Below are positions 13,282 to 25,082 of a DNA stretch of 64,000 nucleotides, piece after piece; the stretch's first letter is position 1, and each line of letters begins with the position of its first letter. The translations under genes were made by a program, and so were the position numbers. The notes under the pieces are model-generated. The model was not told the DNA's origin, made no database searches, and saw only the letters and a program-made list of their open reading frames with translations. The DNA comes from Lepidodermella squamata (lineage: Eukaryota > Animalia > Gastrotricha). The stretch spans positions 1,302,001-1,366,000 of the forward strand of contig JBLDXI010000015.1 of NCBI GenBank assembly GCA_047495785.1, in the 5' to 3' direction.

Positions 13282-15669
13282 ATGATGAGCACCCTGCATT
13301 TCATATCATTAGGGCTGTTTAGCTGGTGTGTTTTCGGAGGAGAGCCCCTAAGTCAAACGCTTTTAACACACACATGGGATAAGGGCTATTGGCCGCTTGA
13401 TTTTGCGAGTGGATCTGGTAAACTCGACCAGCAACATAGTGAAGATAGCAAGCTGAATGCTGATTATACTCTTTCACCTCAGCCTGGTCCGTCGAACCTG
13501 CTTCAATCTTCTGTTATACCTCATTTTGATAGTCCAGTGATTCCAGTGATTTCTGAGACTTACGAAGAACCGCTGAAGATTCAAGCCGTTACGATTGGTG
13601 GATTTTACTACAGAGGAAATTCAAGTAAAACCGCAACATGGGCTACATTGGCGAGTGAAGGATCTCGATGGAAATTAACAATTTCAGGAAGAGATCTGAT
13701 CTCTCAAATCGCCGGTAAAACTTCTGAAAGTTACAACTCAATTTTTACTCCAAAAAAGTGGAACTTTGTAATTTGGACCCTGAATAGCGCAACGGGTCAG
13801 GTGGCTGTAAGTTGCGGAATCGCTATGGCTCAATGTTATTCGGGAATTGTCGACAATTCTTTTCTGGAATCTGTGACAACTGTTACGCTTGGGATTTTGC
13901 CAAAAGGAGACGATATGGCGGCGTCATTTTTCTATCTTGATGCTTTGTCACCTTTGCAAAGACTCCTTCTACCCTGTGTCGCCAAATTTCGCGGCGGATG
14001 TCGCATTGATCTCTACGGATTAACTTCTTATTATGGACCTAGTTTCAAGGAGTTGACATTCTTTATTCCTCTGGATATTGACAGTCCTTTATTTGATGTT
14101 GTTACAAATAAAGCTCCATTTTCCGTGAATCACCGTATCACGCCTGGTTACGTGATTCTTTCAACCAACAACGGTTCGAGATATCTCGCAGAGTGGGATG
14201 TTCGCGAAATGGGCTTGAACAATATGGAGACAAGTTTTACCATCACATTTTACTTTTATTGCCGGCCTGGTGGCGAAAAGCTTGACATTGACGTTTTACA
14301 TCTCGGTGAAATGGGAATAGCTACGAAGCAGGGTGTCTGCAATTCTATCAAGATAAACCATCACAGCGAGGACATTGCTGTTTTCAAAATTAAACCGCTA
14401 TTTAACAGATGGCAATTCGTAACATTGAGATTCCAGCCTAGTCAAGATTTAGCAACATTCACCTGTGGAACGAATAGATCTGACGTAAGATTTCCTCGAA
14501 TCTTTCGATTGAATTGCCATCTCTCTGCTTAGGAAAAGGCTCAGAACAAGACAGTGCAAGTACCAGAAGTTGTGGACCAGCGACTCATTTTCTCGGTTGG
14601 ATCTAGTGATTTTGTTTCCATCGCCTGCGTTGGCCTGTTCAAGTCATTTGTTCCGAATGAAACAATCCAAAACATGTACTGCCTGTGCCCAGGCCAAGGG
14701 AGATCGACAACACCGGATTTTTTGTTGAGGAATTCTTCCTGTGTTGATACAAAGGTTAACAAATGGATTCGGCCCAAGTGGCTTCAAGAAGTCGCTGGGT
14801 TTTACCCAATGGATGCAGGCGGTGATTTCGGTGATGAGACAAAACGCCGTACTGGTTATTCGTACATTGGCGAAGGGGAGAGACAAGGCATAGCTCCCGG
14901 ATTCCTTCCAGTTTTCAGGGGACCATTCGGCGATCCTAACTGTGCTCATGGATTCACGAATCGCTTGATTAATTACAGTTCAATCTCTGCAGCGGAAATA
15001 CTGGATGCTCTACCAAATATAGGAAGAGAGCAACCCATCGACTTCACACTTGGCTGGTTTTTCTTTATGAATGGACGCGAGGAGGGGGATCGAAGCTTGA
15101 TAAATTTCAGGCTGAATGACAACGGCTTGGAGTTTAATCTGACATGCAGCTCTGGCGACAGGAAGGTTAGTGTCAACTCACTCACCCTGGCTAAAGTTGT
15201 TTGCAAGAAGCAGAAATGGGTCCAGTTCATTTTAACTTGGAGGTCTTCTTCCCAGTTACTGACATTTTACTCGACGAATGGGTCCGTTATTGCGATCGTG
15301 AAAAATCTATTTGATTCCGACATCCCGATGCTAACTCCTAAGGATTTCTCAACTAAGCTTACTATCGGACCTTTTGGAGGATTGAAGAAAGGTGACAGAT
15401 CAGCGTGCCTCTTCGTCGATGACAAGATTCATGATAAGGAGAAATTGGCTAGCTTGAAAGAAGTTTGCCGAACGCGAGGAAGAGTTGAAGAACCTGAAAA
15501 AACATACACAGTAGGGCGGCATCTAGACATATTTGACCGAGCGAAAAATAGAAAGAAGAAGAAGCCACAACAGCAGCAAGAAAGCAAGCGCAGTGGGAGC
15601 ATAGTGCTCACAAAAGATTCATCGCTTACCATATGTTTCACTATGTCAGCTATTTTAATAAAGTTTTAG
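13282..15669 (+). CDS. Secreted/surface protein with three LamG/concanavalin-A-like repeats, paralog 1
   Basis: Signal peptide; three repeats opening with GYWPLD, FFIPLD and GFYPMD, each with W-x-F/H beta motifs. Intron 14485-14532; hydrophobic C-terminus. The fold is inferred by eye. Confidence 0.75.
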
Positions 15670-15729
15670 TAAAAGCTCCTCCTTAAAATAAATTTTCACG
15701 GCTGATAGTCGAGGTTAATTCCCCACGCA

Positions 15730-18119
15730 ATGCTGCCAGGGATTATTTTGAGCATTGCATTTATTGCTCAGCAAATCAGGGTAACAGCAGCAATAGTCCC
15801 GAAAAATCTGCCGGATAATCAATTGCTTACAGGTTACTGGCCGGTGGATTCAGAAAATGGGGCCTCGAAATTCGGCCAAAAATCGGAGGGCGTCAATTCT
15901 GTCTTGAAATTTAGAGAAACTGGTGGTCCAGGCAATCTTTTGTCAGCATCAGTCGAAGCTATTAGCATTCCAGAATCACGTTATTTGATCTCAGAGAGTT
16001 ACGAAGATCAAATCGAAGCATCGGCCTTATCAATCGCGGGTTTCTTTTACAGAGAAGAATGGCCTTCTCATGCGATTTGGGCTGTATTCGAAAATCACGA
16101 ATCGCGATTTGAGCTGAGTTTCAATGGTGCGGATTTAATCGTCAATTCAAGTGATACTAACGAAACAGCCACATCTATCTACGAGTCAGTCTTGCAAATG
16201 AAGCGATGGACTTTTTTGTCTTGGACGTGGAGTTGGTCAAGGGAAGAAGGTACTCTTTCCTGTGGTATCGCTGTGTCTCAGTGCCAAGCACACAGTCTCG
16301 CTGTGTCATCCCCTAAAAGCTACGACACGGTATCTATCGGAAAGTTGGGGTTGAACGACCGCATTGGGGCAACTTTTTCGTACTTCGACAGCATAAGCCC
16401 TTTGCAGCAAACATTTTTACCGTGCATCGTTAGGTTCAGAGGCGAATGCCGTCAGCATCTATTCGGCTTGGCCCCTTATTACGGGCCAAATCACCAAGAT
16501 TTGGTATTCTTCATACCCTTGGATAATGATAGTCCTTTGTTTGACACGGTATCGAGTAGACCGCCTATTATGGTAAATCATCGGCTGATAAAGGAAACTG
16601 GTCTAGTGGGCAGTATTGACGGAAAATGGTTATCTCAGTGGGATTTGACAGACGCTGGACTAAACAACATGGAGACCAGTTTTACAGTGACGTTTTACTT
16701 GATGTGCCATTTGAGAAATACCTTGAAGCATGACATCTGGCAATTAGGCGATCTACACGTTTCAGCTTCTTGCAAATCGATCCATGTTGTTGGGACTGGT
16801 GGAGCCCACATAGTTTTTGACATTAAAATAACCCTTGATAAGTGGAACATGGTTGCATTACGATTCCAACCTGACTCGGACCTCGCATCGCTGACGTATG
16901 GAGAAAGAAAATCCCAGGTAACTCTAAACTAATCTCATTAATTGTCCGTTAAAAAACATCAACTCTTTTAAAGATTCATTCCGTCAATGAGACCATTCAG
17001 GTTCCTGAGGTTCTCGACCCAAATCTAGTATTCTCCGTGAATTCCGGGTCAAAACTCTTAATAACTTGCTTGGGGATATTCAGAACCTTTCTGAGCCTAT
17101 TATCAATCAAGGATTTATTTTGCTTGTGCCCTGGTCAAGGTAGGTCAACCACCCCAGAGTTCGTGCTTCGACAATCTGATTGCAAAAAGTCACCCACGAA
17201 TGAATGGATCTATCCCCGGTGGCTTATGCACGTTTTAAGTTTCTACCCGTTGGATGCCACTAGCGGATTCGGCGATGTCACCAAGCGATTGTCCGGATAC
17301 TCGTTGCTAGGTGGAAATGAGAAGCTAGGAATTGCACCTGGATTTCTGCCTGTCTTCAGGGGCCCGTATGGTGAACCAAACGGAGCGTTCGGTTTTGTTA
17401 ACGATTCTCTGGACGGAGCATCTGCTGCAGAGATATTAGATGTCTTACCTGAATTCGATGGTGAAAAGCCAATTGACTTCACCCTCTCCTGGGCTTTCTA
17501 TCTGAATAGTCGTGTCAAGGGAATCCGTCACATGTTGACCATCAAACTCAATGAAGCTAGGTTAGAATTTAACTTTACTTGTCTGCCGCCGAAATACCCA
17601 ATGGCGATCAATGAGATTAGGCTCAATTTAACTAAATGTCTGCAGTCGAAATGGACCCACTTTATAGCGACATGGGATTCAATAACAATGACTTTGACAC
17701 TTTTCTACCCGAATGGATCCATGTCAGAGAAAGTAAAAATTTCCTTAGCAGCTAAACTCGACGATTTAAATTCGGCTGAGCCGTCCTCGCAACTAAACAT
17801 TGGACCTTCCAGCGGTTTAAAGAGTGGAGACAGATTTGCTTGTCTTCTTATCGATGGGGCAATTTTAAAACCTGCTTTTCTAGCGGATCTGTCAAACATT
17901 TGCAGAACTAAGGGAAGGAGAGTCGAAATTCACAATAGAGAATCTGAATTCGGAAAAGCTCAGAGAACCAAAGAACAATATTCAAATCCGAAACAACTGG
18001 AATTATCGAAATCGAACAAATTAACTGAGAGCACAACTTCACTGGTATTCAACAATTCCATCTGTCATCAACATGGAGTTTTGCTAATATTATTGATGAC
18101 TTCCACTTTTTTGATTTGA
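15730..18119 (+). CDS. Triple LamG-like secreted/surface protein, paralog 2
   Basis: Colinear with paralog 1 (YYGP...FFIPLD, GLNNMETSFT, CLCPGQGRSTTP, GIAPGFLPVFRGP). Intron 16918-16973 at the same position. Confidence 0.75.
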
Positions 18120-18238
18120 TGGCGGAAGATGTGGGGTTCGACAAACGATAGTGTTCCAGACGTTATCAGAATCACTATCTTGCGCCATGCCAATTTTATT
18201 TCATTCTTTCTTGTATTTGTCGCATCGAATAAGTCTTA

Positions 18239-19378
18239 TCAATTATAAGAACTAATGGTAACGATGTTAAGAAGTAGTTGGGCGAGAATAAAGCAAACAA
18301 CTGCCCCGATTTCTACACAACTTCTGACAGTAAGATTAAACCTGCGAAACTTTCCTGACATGGTTTCACTCCATTGGTTTAAGCAGAAGCAGATACCAGC
18401 AGAATAAACCACCACACACATGCCAAAAGCTGTCTGACAGAGGACGTAGTAAGCAGCCACTATACGACTAGGAGTTTTCGGTAGATTTTGCAACACTTGA
18501 TCTTGAATTACGAATATTGCAAGCATAACAGTACAAGCGTAGCACGACCTATCGGGCATATCGGGCGGAATTAGGAATGACGATAAGATCATAATGCTCA
18601 AAATGAGACATGGAGCGAAAGAGTTCAGCAAGTAATAGTCAGGCTTTCGCTTGAATTTGAGGAAAAAAGTTACTTGGGCGATGCTTGAATTGAATTCATT
18701 CGGATACAGGGCTATACCAAGATCGGAGAGGCTTGCTAATTTAGTGAACGTATCAACTACCTCCCAGTTAGAGTTTTTGGGCATGAAATTCGATGTTGAG
18801 AAGACGAAGAAGTTAGCTGACCCGAATTTTACGTTGAATGGCGGCTGAGGTGTGTAAAGCATAATACCACACGTTTGTACGTCAAAAGGGAATAAGCGAA
18901 AATCTAGGTCACAGTAGGTCAAGATCGGGCCAGTTATAGTGGTACCAAAAATCCCACTTAGCGGATGAATTAGAAATGTTGTTATCAACCCGGAAGTTTC
19001 GTCCAGACCCAAACTTCGGATGCCGTTTCTTAGAACAATATTCGGCCTCCAGTATGATTTCAAATCTTCGTTTTGAAGTTGAGCTACTCTTGCTGGCCAC
19101 CAATTTGATGAGTTCAAGTATAATTGCTGGACACAAGGTACTTCCCATTGGAGAATTATTGTTCCTATGACGCTTAGATACTCGCCGACGTCGTTTATTT
19201 CTATAAATCTGTCCACGTAAAATTGTGCCTTCACAGTAGTGGGTATCCCCTCTAACTCTTGAGGGGAATTTTCGTAGTTTGCGATGTGACAATTGCTTAG
19301 CAAGGATTCGGTGTAGTTAGATGCAGCTTTTGAATTACTAAAGAATAACGCAATCATAAGGTGAACTAAAGCCAGCAT
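18239..19378 (-). CDS. Cys-loop (pentameric) ligand-gated ion channel subunit, intronless
   Basis: Signal peptide, YWRPNI, Cys-loop CDLDFRLFPFDVQTC, pre-M1 FKRKPDYY, four TM helices. Confidence 0.92.
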   Translation of the reverse strand: MLALVHLMIALFFSNSKAASNYTESLLSNCHIANYENSPQELEGIPTTVKAQFYVDRFIEINDVGEYLSVIGTIILQWEVPCVQQLYLNSSNWWPARVAQLQNEDLKSYWRPNIVLRNGIRSLGLDETSGLITTFLIHPLSGIFGTTITGPILTYCDLDFRLFPFDVQTCGIMLYTPQPPFNVKFGSANFFVFSTSNFMPKNSNWEVVDTFTKLASLSDLGIALYPNEFNSSIAQVTFFLKFKRKPDYYLLNSFAPCLILSIMILSSFLIPPDMPDRSCYACTVMLAIFVIQDQVLQNLPKTPSRIVAAYYVLCQTAFGMCVVVYSAGICFCLNQWSETMSGKFRRFNLTVRSCVEIGAVVCFILAQLLLNIVTISSYN

Positions 19379-19613
19379 TATTCGGAGTAAACGCTAATAA
19401 AAGGAGAACAAGATTTAGTATGATTTTACGACTCGGCTTTGGTATGGTCGGAGAGACCGGAAGTTTGCGCCAGTTAAACAAAATGGCCTGTCGTAATAAA
19501 TGGTATAGACGTTAGTGAAATCACAATTTTTATTGACAATCACTGCACGACAACCGACAACGTTATAAAAAAGCGATGAAATAACGATAAATTAATGCCG
19601 ATACTTCTGCGAA

Positions 19614-20773
19614 TCAACTGTATATGCTAATTATGATGATGTTGAACATAAGCTGTGCGAAAATGAATGATACGATAGCAACAATCTCCACAAACCCTCC
19701 GAGAGTGAGATTTGAGCCTGCGAAAATTTCGTGCCATCATTTCGCCCCACTGGCTCAAGCAAAAGCAGATACCAGCAGAATACAGAACAACAAGCATTCC
19801 AAAAACTGTTTGGCCCAGGACGTAATAGGCAGCTACAATACGACTAGGCGTTTTCGGTAGATGTTGCAACACTTGATCTTGAATTACGAATATTGCAAGC
19901 ATAACAGTACAAGCGTAGCACGACCTATCGGGCATATCGGGCGGAATTAGGAATGACGATAAGATCATAATGCTCAAAATGAGACATGGAGCGAAAGAGT
20001 TCAGCAAGTAGTAGTCAGGCTTTCGCTTGAATTTCACGAAAAATGTCGCTTGAATTAGGCTCGAGTTGAACTCATTTGAATATCGACTTACACCCAACTC
20101 CGAAACGCTATATAGCTTCGTAAACATCCCTGTCACTTGCCAGTTTGAGTTTTTGGGTGTAAACGTCTGTTGAGTGAAGAAGGGCTGAAACAAAGCTTCG
20201 GCAAAAACAACGTTTGCAGGTTCCTGAGTTGAAGTGAGTACTATCCCGCATGTTTGCTCATCAAATGGGAATAGCCAAAAGTCAAGATCACAATAGGATT
20301 CCATTTGACCTGATAGGTTGATAATGAATGACCCAAATGGCGGGTTTACAAGAAAAAGCGGAGAGAGCCCTGCTGTCTCGTCTAACGTCTGGCTTCTAAA
20401 ACTGTTCCTTGCTACAATGTTTGGCTTCCAGTAGGCGTTCCAATCTTCGTGCAGCAGTACAGTAACTTTCTTTGACCACCAGTGGGAGGAGTTGAGATAC
20501 GTCTCCTTGATGCAAGGCACTTCCCATCGCAGTGATAACGACCCAAAGAGGCTCAGATATTAGCCAACGTCGTTGATTTCATTAAATCTATCCAAGCTGA
20601 AATACGCTGTCACCTCCGTGGGAACACCATCAAATTCTTGCGGAGAATTCGCGTGCGGTGCAATGTGACAGTTCCGGAACAATATCTCCGTGAAATTGGA
20701 TATACACCGAGGGAGCTGTAGCTTGAGAGTTGGCCAACCAAAAAAGGGCCGTCAATGAGCAACAATTTCTCAT
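19614..20773 (-). pseudogene. Cys-loop channel pseudogene
   Basis: Colinear with paralogs but carries three lesions: a frameshift after the signal peptide (~20700-20720), a GAA>TAA stop at 20560-20562 (DVG*YLS vs DVGEYLS), and a +1 insertion at ~19712 before M4. Confidence 0.85.
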
Positions 20774-21975
20774 TTTTCAGAAATGCTACCAAAGATGCAT
20801 AGGTCGCTTCGTCCTCTATAATGTACAGGAAAATGCAATTCTCACAATTCCATGATATTTTTCGCTGAACTTTAGCGCCGATCAATCATACCTTTGGTAT
20901 TAGAAGTGGAAATTAACAGTTGAAGCTCGAATAGGCTCGCATAACAACTGCATGCAAATCGAAGGCTTACAAACGGGTTAGCCTTATATTTTCAGGCAGC
21001 AGATAACAAATCCTGTGAAAAATGTCAGTCATCATCACTCATATCCGGGCTGGCGATCTTCTCGAAATTTCTGCGAAGAGCGGTTGCCTCAACCTACCTT
21101 GGGACTAATCGTAGATGGTTTCGACACTCCTCGAAATTATTCGGACAGGGGCGAAAACGGTTATATGGGAGTAATTTTCACGCTAAAATTATGAATGAAA
21201 ATCATCTATTTTTAAAGCAACCTCCTTCCATTATATGTGGCGAAAATGGCTAATTCTGGGCAATGGGGTCGCGATTGCTTCACATCTATTAGCAATATAA
21301 ACTTATCGTAACATCATCTTTATTCCCTCCATCGTGAAAAAACAACAAACTTTATACAGGAAGAGACAGAGACGACAAGGAATAAACTTCGATCAAGTTT
21401 GCCTGCCATGCTGAGATCAAATAGGCGATCTTTGCGAGTATGGGAGGAGGGGCACGGAAGCGAATTAAATATTCGGCTCCGCCTTTAAAATATATCTTAT
21501 TGACTATGATTTATGGTTATACCCCTCAACCTTTGGTCGGAAGTTTGCGCCGGTTAAACAAGGTGAGTAACAAGGTTTACACTATTTCGACAAAAAGATT
21601 GCAAGGTGATTACAAGGTAAAAATGCCCGTATATTTGGAGCGGTCTAGGAACTCAAACTGTCCCAAAATGTTTATACGCCATCACGCCTCTTACGACATC
21701 AAACTTTTGACATGAATTCAATCGTCAGGAATGCACACACCCACTAAATTATGGAAATGCACATGGGTGGAATTTCATGCTAATAGAATAGGCTGTAGTT
21801 TGCAGGCGTGTAGCGTGTACAGTTTGTATAATCTTCGAATTATCTAAAAACTAAAGGTTATAAAGGGCAATACTAGCCCTGAGTGCCACATGTATTTAAG
21901 GTCAATCACTGCACAAAAGGAATATAACGAAACGGTGAAGTTAAACAAGTTCGCTATGTTTCGAAACCCAACGAT

Positions 21976-23115
21976 TCAATGAAATATGCTGATAGTGATG
22001 ATATTAAACATAAGCTGGGCGAAAATGAATGATACGACAGCAACAATCTCCACGAAACCTCTGAGAGTGACATTGAACCTTCGGAGCTTTCGTGTCATCA
22101 TTTCGCCCCAGTGGTTCAAGCAAAAGCAGATACCAGTGGAATACATAACAATAAGCATTCCAAAAATTGTTTGACCCAAAACATAATAAGCCGCTATTAT
22201 GCGACTAGGCGTTTTCGGCAGATTTTGCAATACGTGATCTTGAATGACAAATATAGCCAACATAACTGTACAGGCGTAACAGGACCGATCAGTCATATTC
22301 GGCGGAATTAGGAATGACAAGTTGATCATGATGCTCAATATAAGGCAAGGGGCGAATGAATTCATCAGGTAATAGTCAGGTTTTCTCTTGAATTGCACGA
22401 AGAACCTCGCTTGGATGATGCTCGAGTTGAACTCCTTAGGATATCGACTTATACCCAGCTCGGAAACGCTATCTAGCTTCGTAAACATCCCTGTCACTTG
22501 CCAGTTTGAGTTTTTGGGCATGAAATTATGTTCACTGAAGGGTTGAAACAGAGCCTCCGCAAAGACAACGTTTGCAGGTTCCTGAGTTGACATGAGCACT
22601 ACCGCACACGTTTGCTCATCAAAAGGGAAAAGCAAAAAGTCAAGATCGCAATAGGTTTCCATCTGGCCTGATAAGCTGATGACGAAAGAACTCATTGGCG
22701 GATTAACTATGAAAACCGGAAACAACCCTGCCGTATCGTCCAATGCTTGGCTTCGAATACTGTTCCTTATAATAATGTTGGGTTTCCAGTAGAATTTCCA
22801 ATTCTCATGTTGCAGTACAGTAACTTCTTTTGGCCACCAGTCGGACGAGCCCAGGTAGGTTTCTTTGATACAAGGCACTTCCCAGCGTAATGCTATTAAC
22901 CCGATGATGCTCAGGTATTCTCCAACGTCGTCGATTTCAACAAATCTATCCAAGTTGAAATATGCTGCTACTTTCGTGGGAACACCATCGAATTCTTGCG
23001 GTGAATTTGCGTACGGTTCAATGTGACAGTTTAGGAACAATGTTTCGGTGAAATTAGATGACGCATCAGAATTAGCGAACCAAAATAGCGTAATTACTAG
23101 GAAGAAAGCCCTCAT
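21976..23115 (-). CDS. Cys-loop ligand-gated ion channel subunit, intronless
   Basis: MRAFFLVITLFWFANSDA signal peptide (ORF open to 23178), CDLDFLLFPFDEQTC, four TMs. Confidence 0.92.
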   Translation of the reverse strand: MRAFFLVITLFWFANSDASSNFTETLFLNCHIEPYANSPQEFDGVPTKVAAYFNLDRFVEIDDVGEYLSIIGLIALRWEVPCIKETYLGSSDWWPKEVTVLQHENWKFYWKPNIIIRNSIRSQALDDTAGLFPVFIVNPPMSSFVISLSGQMETYCDLDFLLFPFDEQTCAVVLMSTQEPANVVFAEALFQPFSEHNFMPKNSNWQVTGMFTKLDSVSELGISRYPKEFNSSIIQARFFVQFKRKPDYYLMNSFAPCLILSIMINLSFLIPPNMTDRSCYACTVMLAIFVIQDHVLQNLPKTPSRIIAAYYVLGQTIFGMLIVMYSTGICFCLNHWGEMMTRKLRRFNVTLRGFVEIVAVVSFIFAQLMFNIITISIFH

Positions 23116-23945
23116 TTTTCGGACAGGCATACCACAAATCGCAATAGCACAAAGAAAATCGATCCTTCCATTTCTCATGAAATTGCTAGCAAGATCTAGT
23201 GGATATGTTTGTAATAATTTTATTAGTATTTAAAAATAGTTTTTTGGTAATATTAGCGGAAATTAATGGGGCTTTATTGACAAGCCTATGAATCTCCACA
23301 ATGTTTGCATCTACTTGGCAAACAGGTAGCTCCAAATTCCAAATTCTAAAACGAAATTTAATTCTCGAAAATTCATCAGCTTGCCAGAGAAAAATGAGAT
23401 TAAAACGCCATAAAGAAGCGTTCAAACAGAGAATGACGAAATGGTAGTCTGCAGCTTACTCACGTTCCTAAGCTTGCTGCATCTCTGATGACAGGGATGG
23501 AGCATGAAATCATGTCCAAGTCATGTCTACGGATTAACCAATGACTGCGCTGTAAAATGCCACTCGTGATAAATTATCACCAGAACTTTACCATATATAT
23601 TTTACTCGGTGGATACTGACAGTAGCTTCAAACATGTTACTTAACAATGGGAAGGCCAGAAAGTTTTTCCAAACTTCGCAATTGCCCGCCCTTATCTATT
23701 TTGGACACTAGCAACTAGCGAAGTAGACGTTTAGTACTAGGCTTCTTTGATGTCAGTGTCTTTGAGCCATGAAATTAGTGCAAACGGAATGAAACAAGAT
23801 ATCGCTAGTATATACGCATCTGGGCTTTGTTTTGGTGTAAGATGGACTCCTTCGTGCGATTAAAATGAAACCTTTGTAACCGAGGTTCAAACCTTTGTTC
23901 GTATACCGCATAGTTTATTTTAAAATCAAATCCGATTGCATCAAC

Positions 23946-25082
23946 TTACACGTATAGAAGGATTGTTATAATGTTAAGTGCCAGCTGTGCAGAAATGAAA
24001 AAAATGACGGCCAAAATTTCAATAACAATACCAACCGTGAGACCGGAGCAGCAAAGCTTCCGAGACATCACGCCAGCCCTCTTGTTTAAGCAGAAGCAGA
24101 TACTGGCGGAATATAGGGATAAAAACATTCCAAAAATTGTTTGGCCGAATATGTAATAAGCAGCTATAATACGGCTGGGAGTTTTCGGTAAGTTTTGCAA
24201 CACCTGATCCTGAATCACAAAAATTGCGAGCATAACCGTACAGGCGTAACAAGACCTATCAGGCAGTTCTGGTGGAATCAAAAATGATGAAATGATCATG
24301 ATACTCAGTATGAGACATGGGGCGAATGAGTTTAGCAAGTAGTAATCAGGTTTTCGCTTGAACTTCATGTAAAAAGTAACTTGAATAATGCTGGAGTTGA
24401 ACCGTGGATGAATAGTCACACCCAAATCAGAAATGCTTTTTAGTTCAGTTGACTTCGAGACAAACTCCCAGTTGGAATTTCGGGGCATAAATTCCGATTT
24501 TGTGTAATCCGAGTAATCAGCATGTGCGAAGGCGACATTTCGAGGTGACCTGGATGACATAAGTGTGACCCCACATGTTTGCTCATCAAAAGGAAACAGC
24601 CAAAAGTTCAAGTCGCAATATGTTACGATCTCGCCAGCTAGATAGTAGACAAAAGTCCCAGTTGATGGTTCAATTTGTATGGCTGATTGTAACCCGGAAC
24701 TTTCGCCCAAAACCGAATCTCCGAGGCTATTTCGTATTCCGATGTAAGGTCTCCAGTAAGATTTTGGGTCGTCGTTTTGCAGAACGGTTACACTCTCAGG
24801 CCACCAGCTAGAAGAGCTGAGGTAAAACTCCTTGACACATGGAACCTCCCATCGAAAACTTATAGATCCAATGATCCTCAAAGATTCGCCTACGTCATTG
24901 ATCTCGAGGAATCTATCCACAATGAAATACACTTTTACTTGTGTGGGTATTCCCTCTAATTCTTGAGGTGAATTAACGTAGTATGCAATGGGACAATTGC
25001 GGAATAGCGAATCGGTGTAATTTGACGAGGGCTGAGAAAAAGCGTTGCCAAGCAACGTCATCAGTAGCATTGATGTAAGCAT
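23946..25082 (-). CDS. Cys-loop ligand-gated ion channel subunit, intronless
   Basis: MLTSMLLMTLLGNAFS signal peptide, CDLNFWLFPFDEQTC, four TMs. Confidence 0.92.
   Translation of the reverse strand: MLTSMLLMTLLGNAFSQPSSNYTDSLFRNCPIAYYVNSPQELEGIPTQVKVYFIVDRFLEINDVGESLRIIGSISFRWEVPCVKEFYLSSSSWWPESVTVLQNDDPKSYWRPYIGIRNSLGDSVLGESSGLQSAIQIEPSTGTFVYYLAGEIVTYCDLNFWLFPFDEQTCGVTLMSSRSPRNVAFAHADYSDYTKSEFMPRNSNWEFVSKSTELKSISDLGVTIHPRFNSSIIQVTFYMKFKRKPDYYLLNSFAPCLILSIMIISSFLIPPELPDRSCYACTVMLAIFVIQDQVLQNLPKTPSRIIAAYYIFGQTIFGMFLSLYSASICFCLNKRAGVMSRKLCCSGLTVGIVIEILAVIFFISAQLALNIITILLYV

Noticed and set aside
19458-21561. Repeated 24-mer CGGAAGTTTGCGCC(A/G)GTTAAACAA at ~19458 and ~21538 as a mobile element
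   Set aside because: Explained by tandem duplication of the channel intergenic region; a regulatory role is possible but unsupported.
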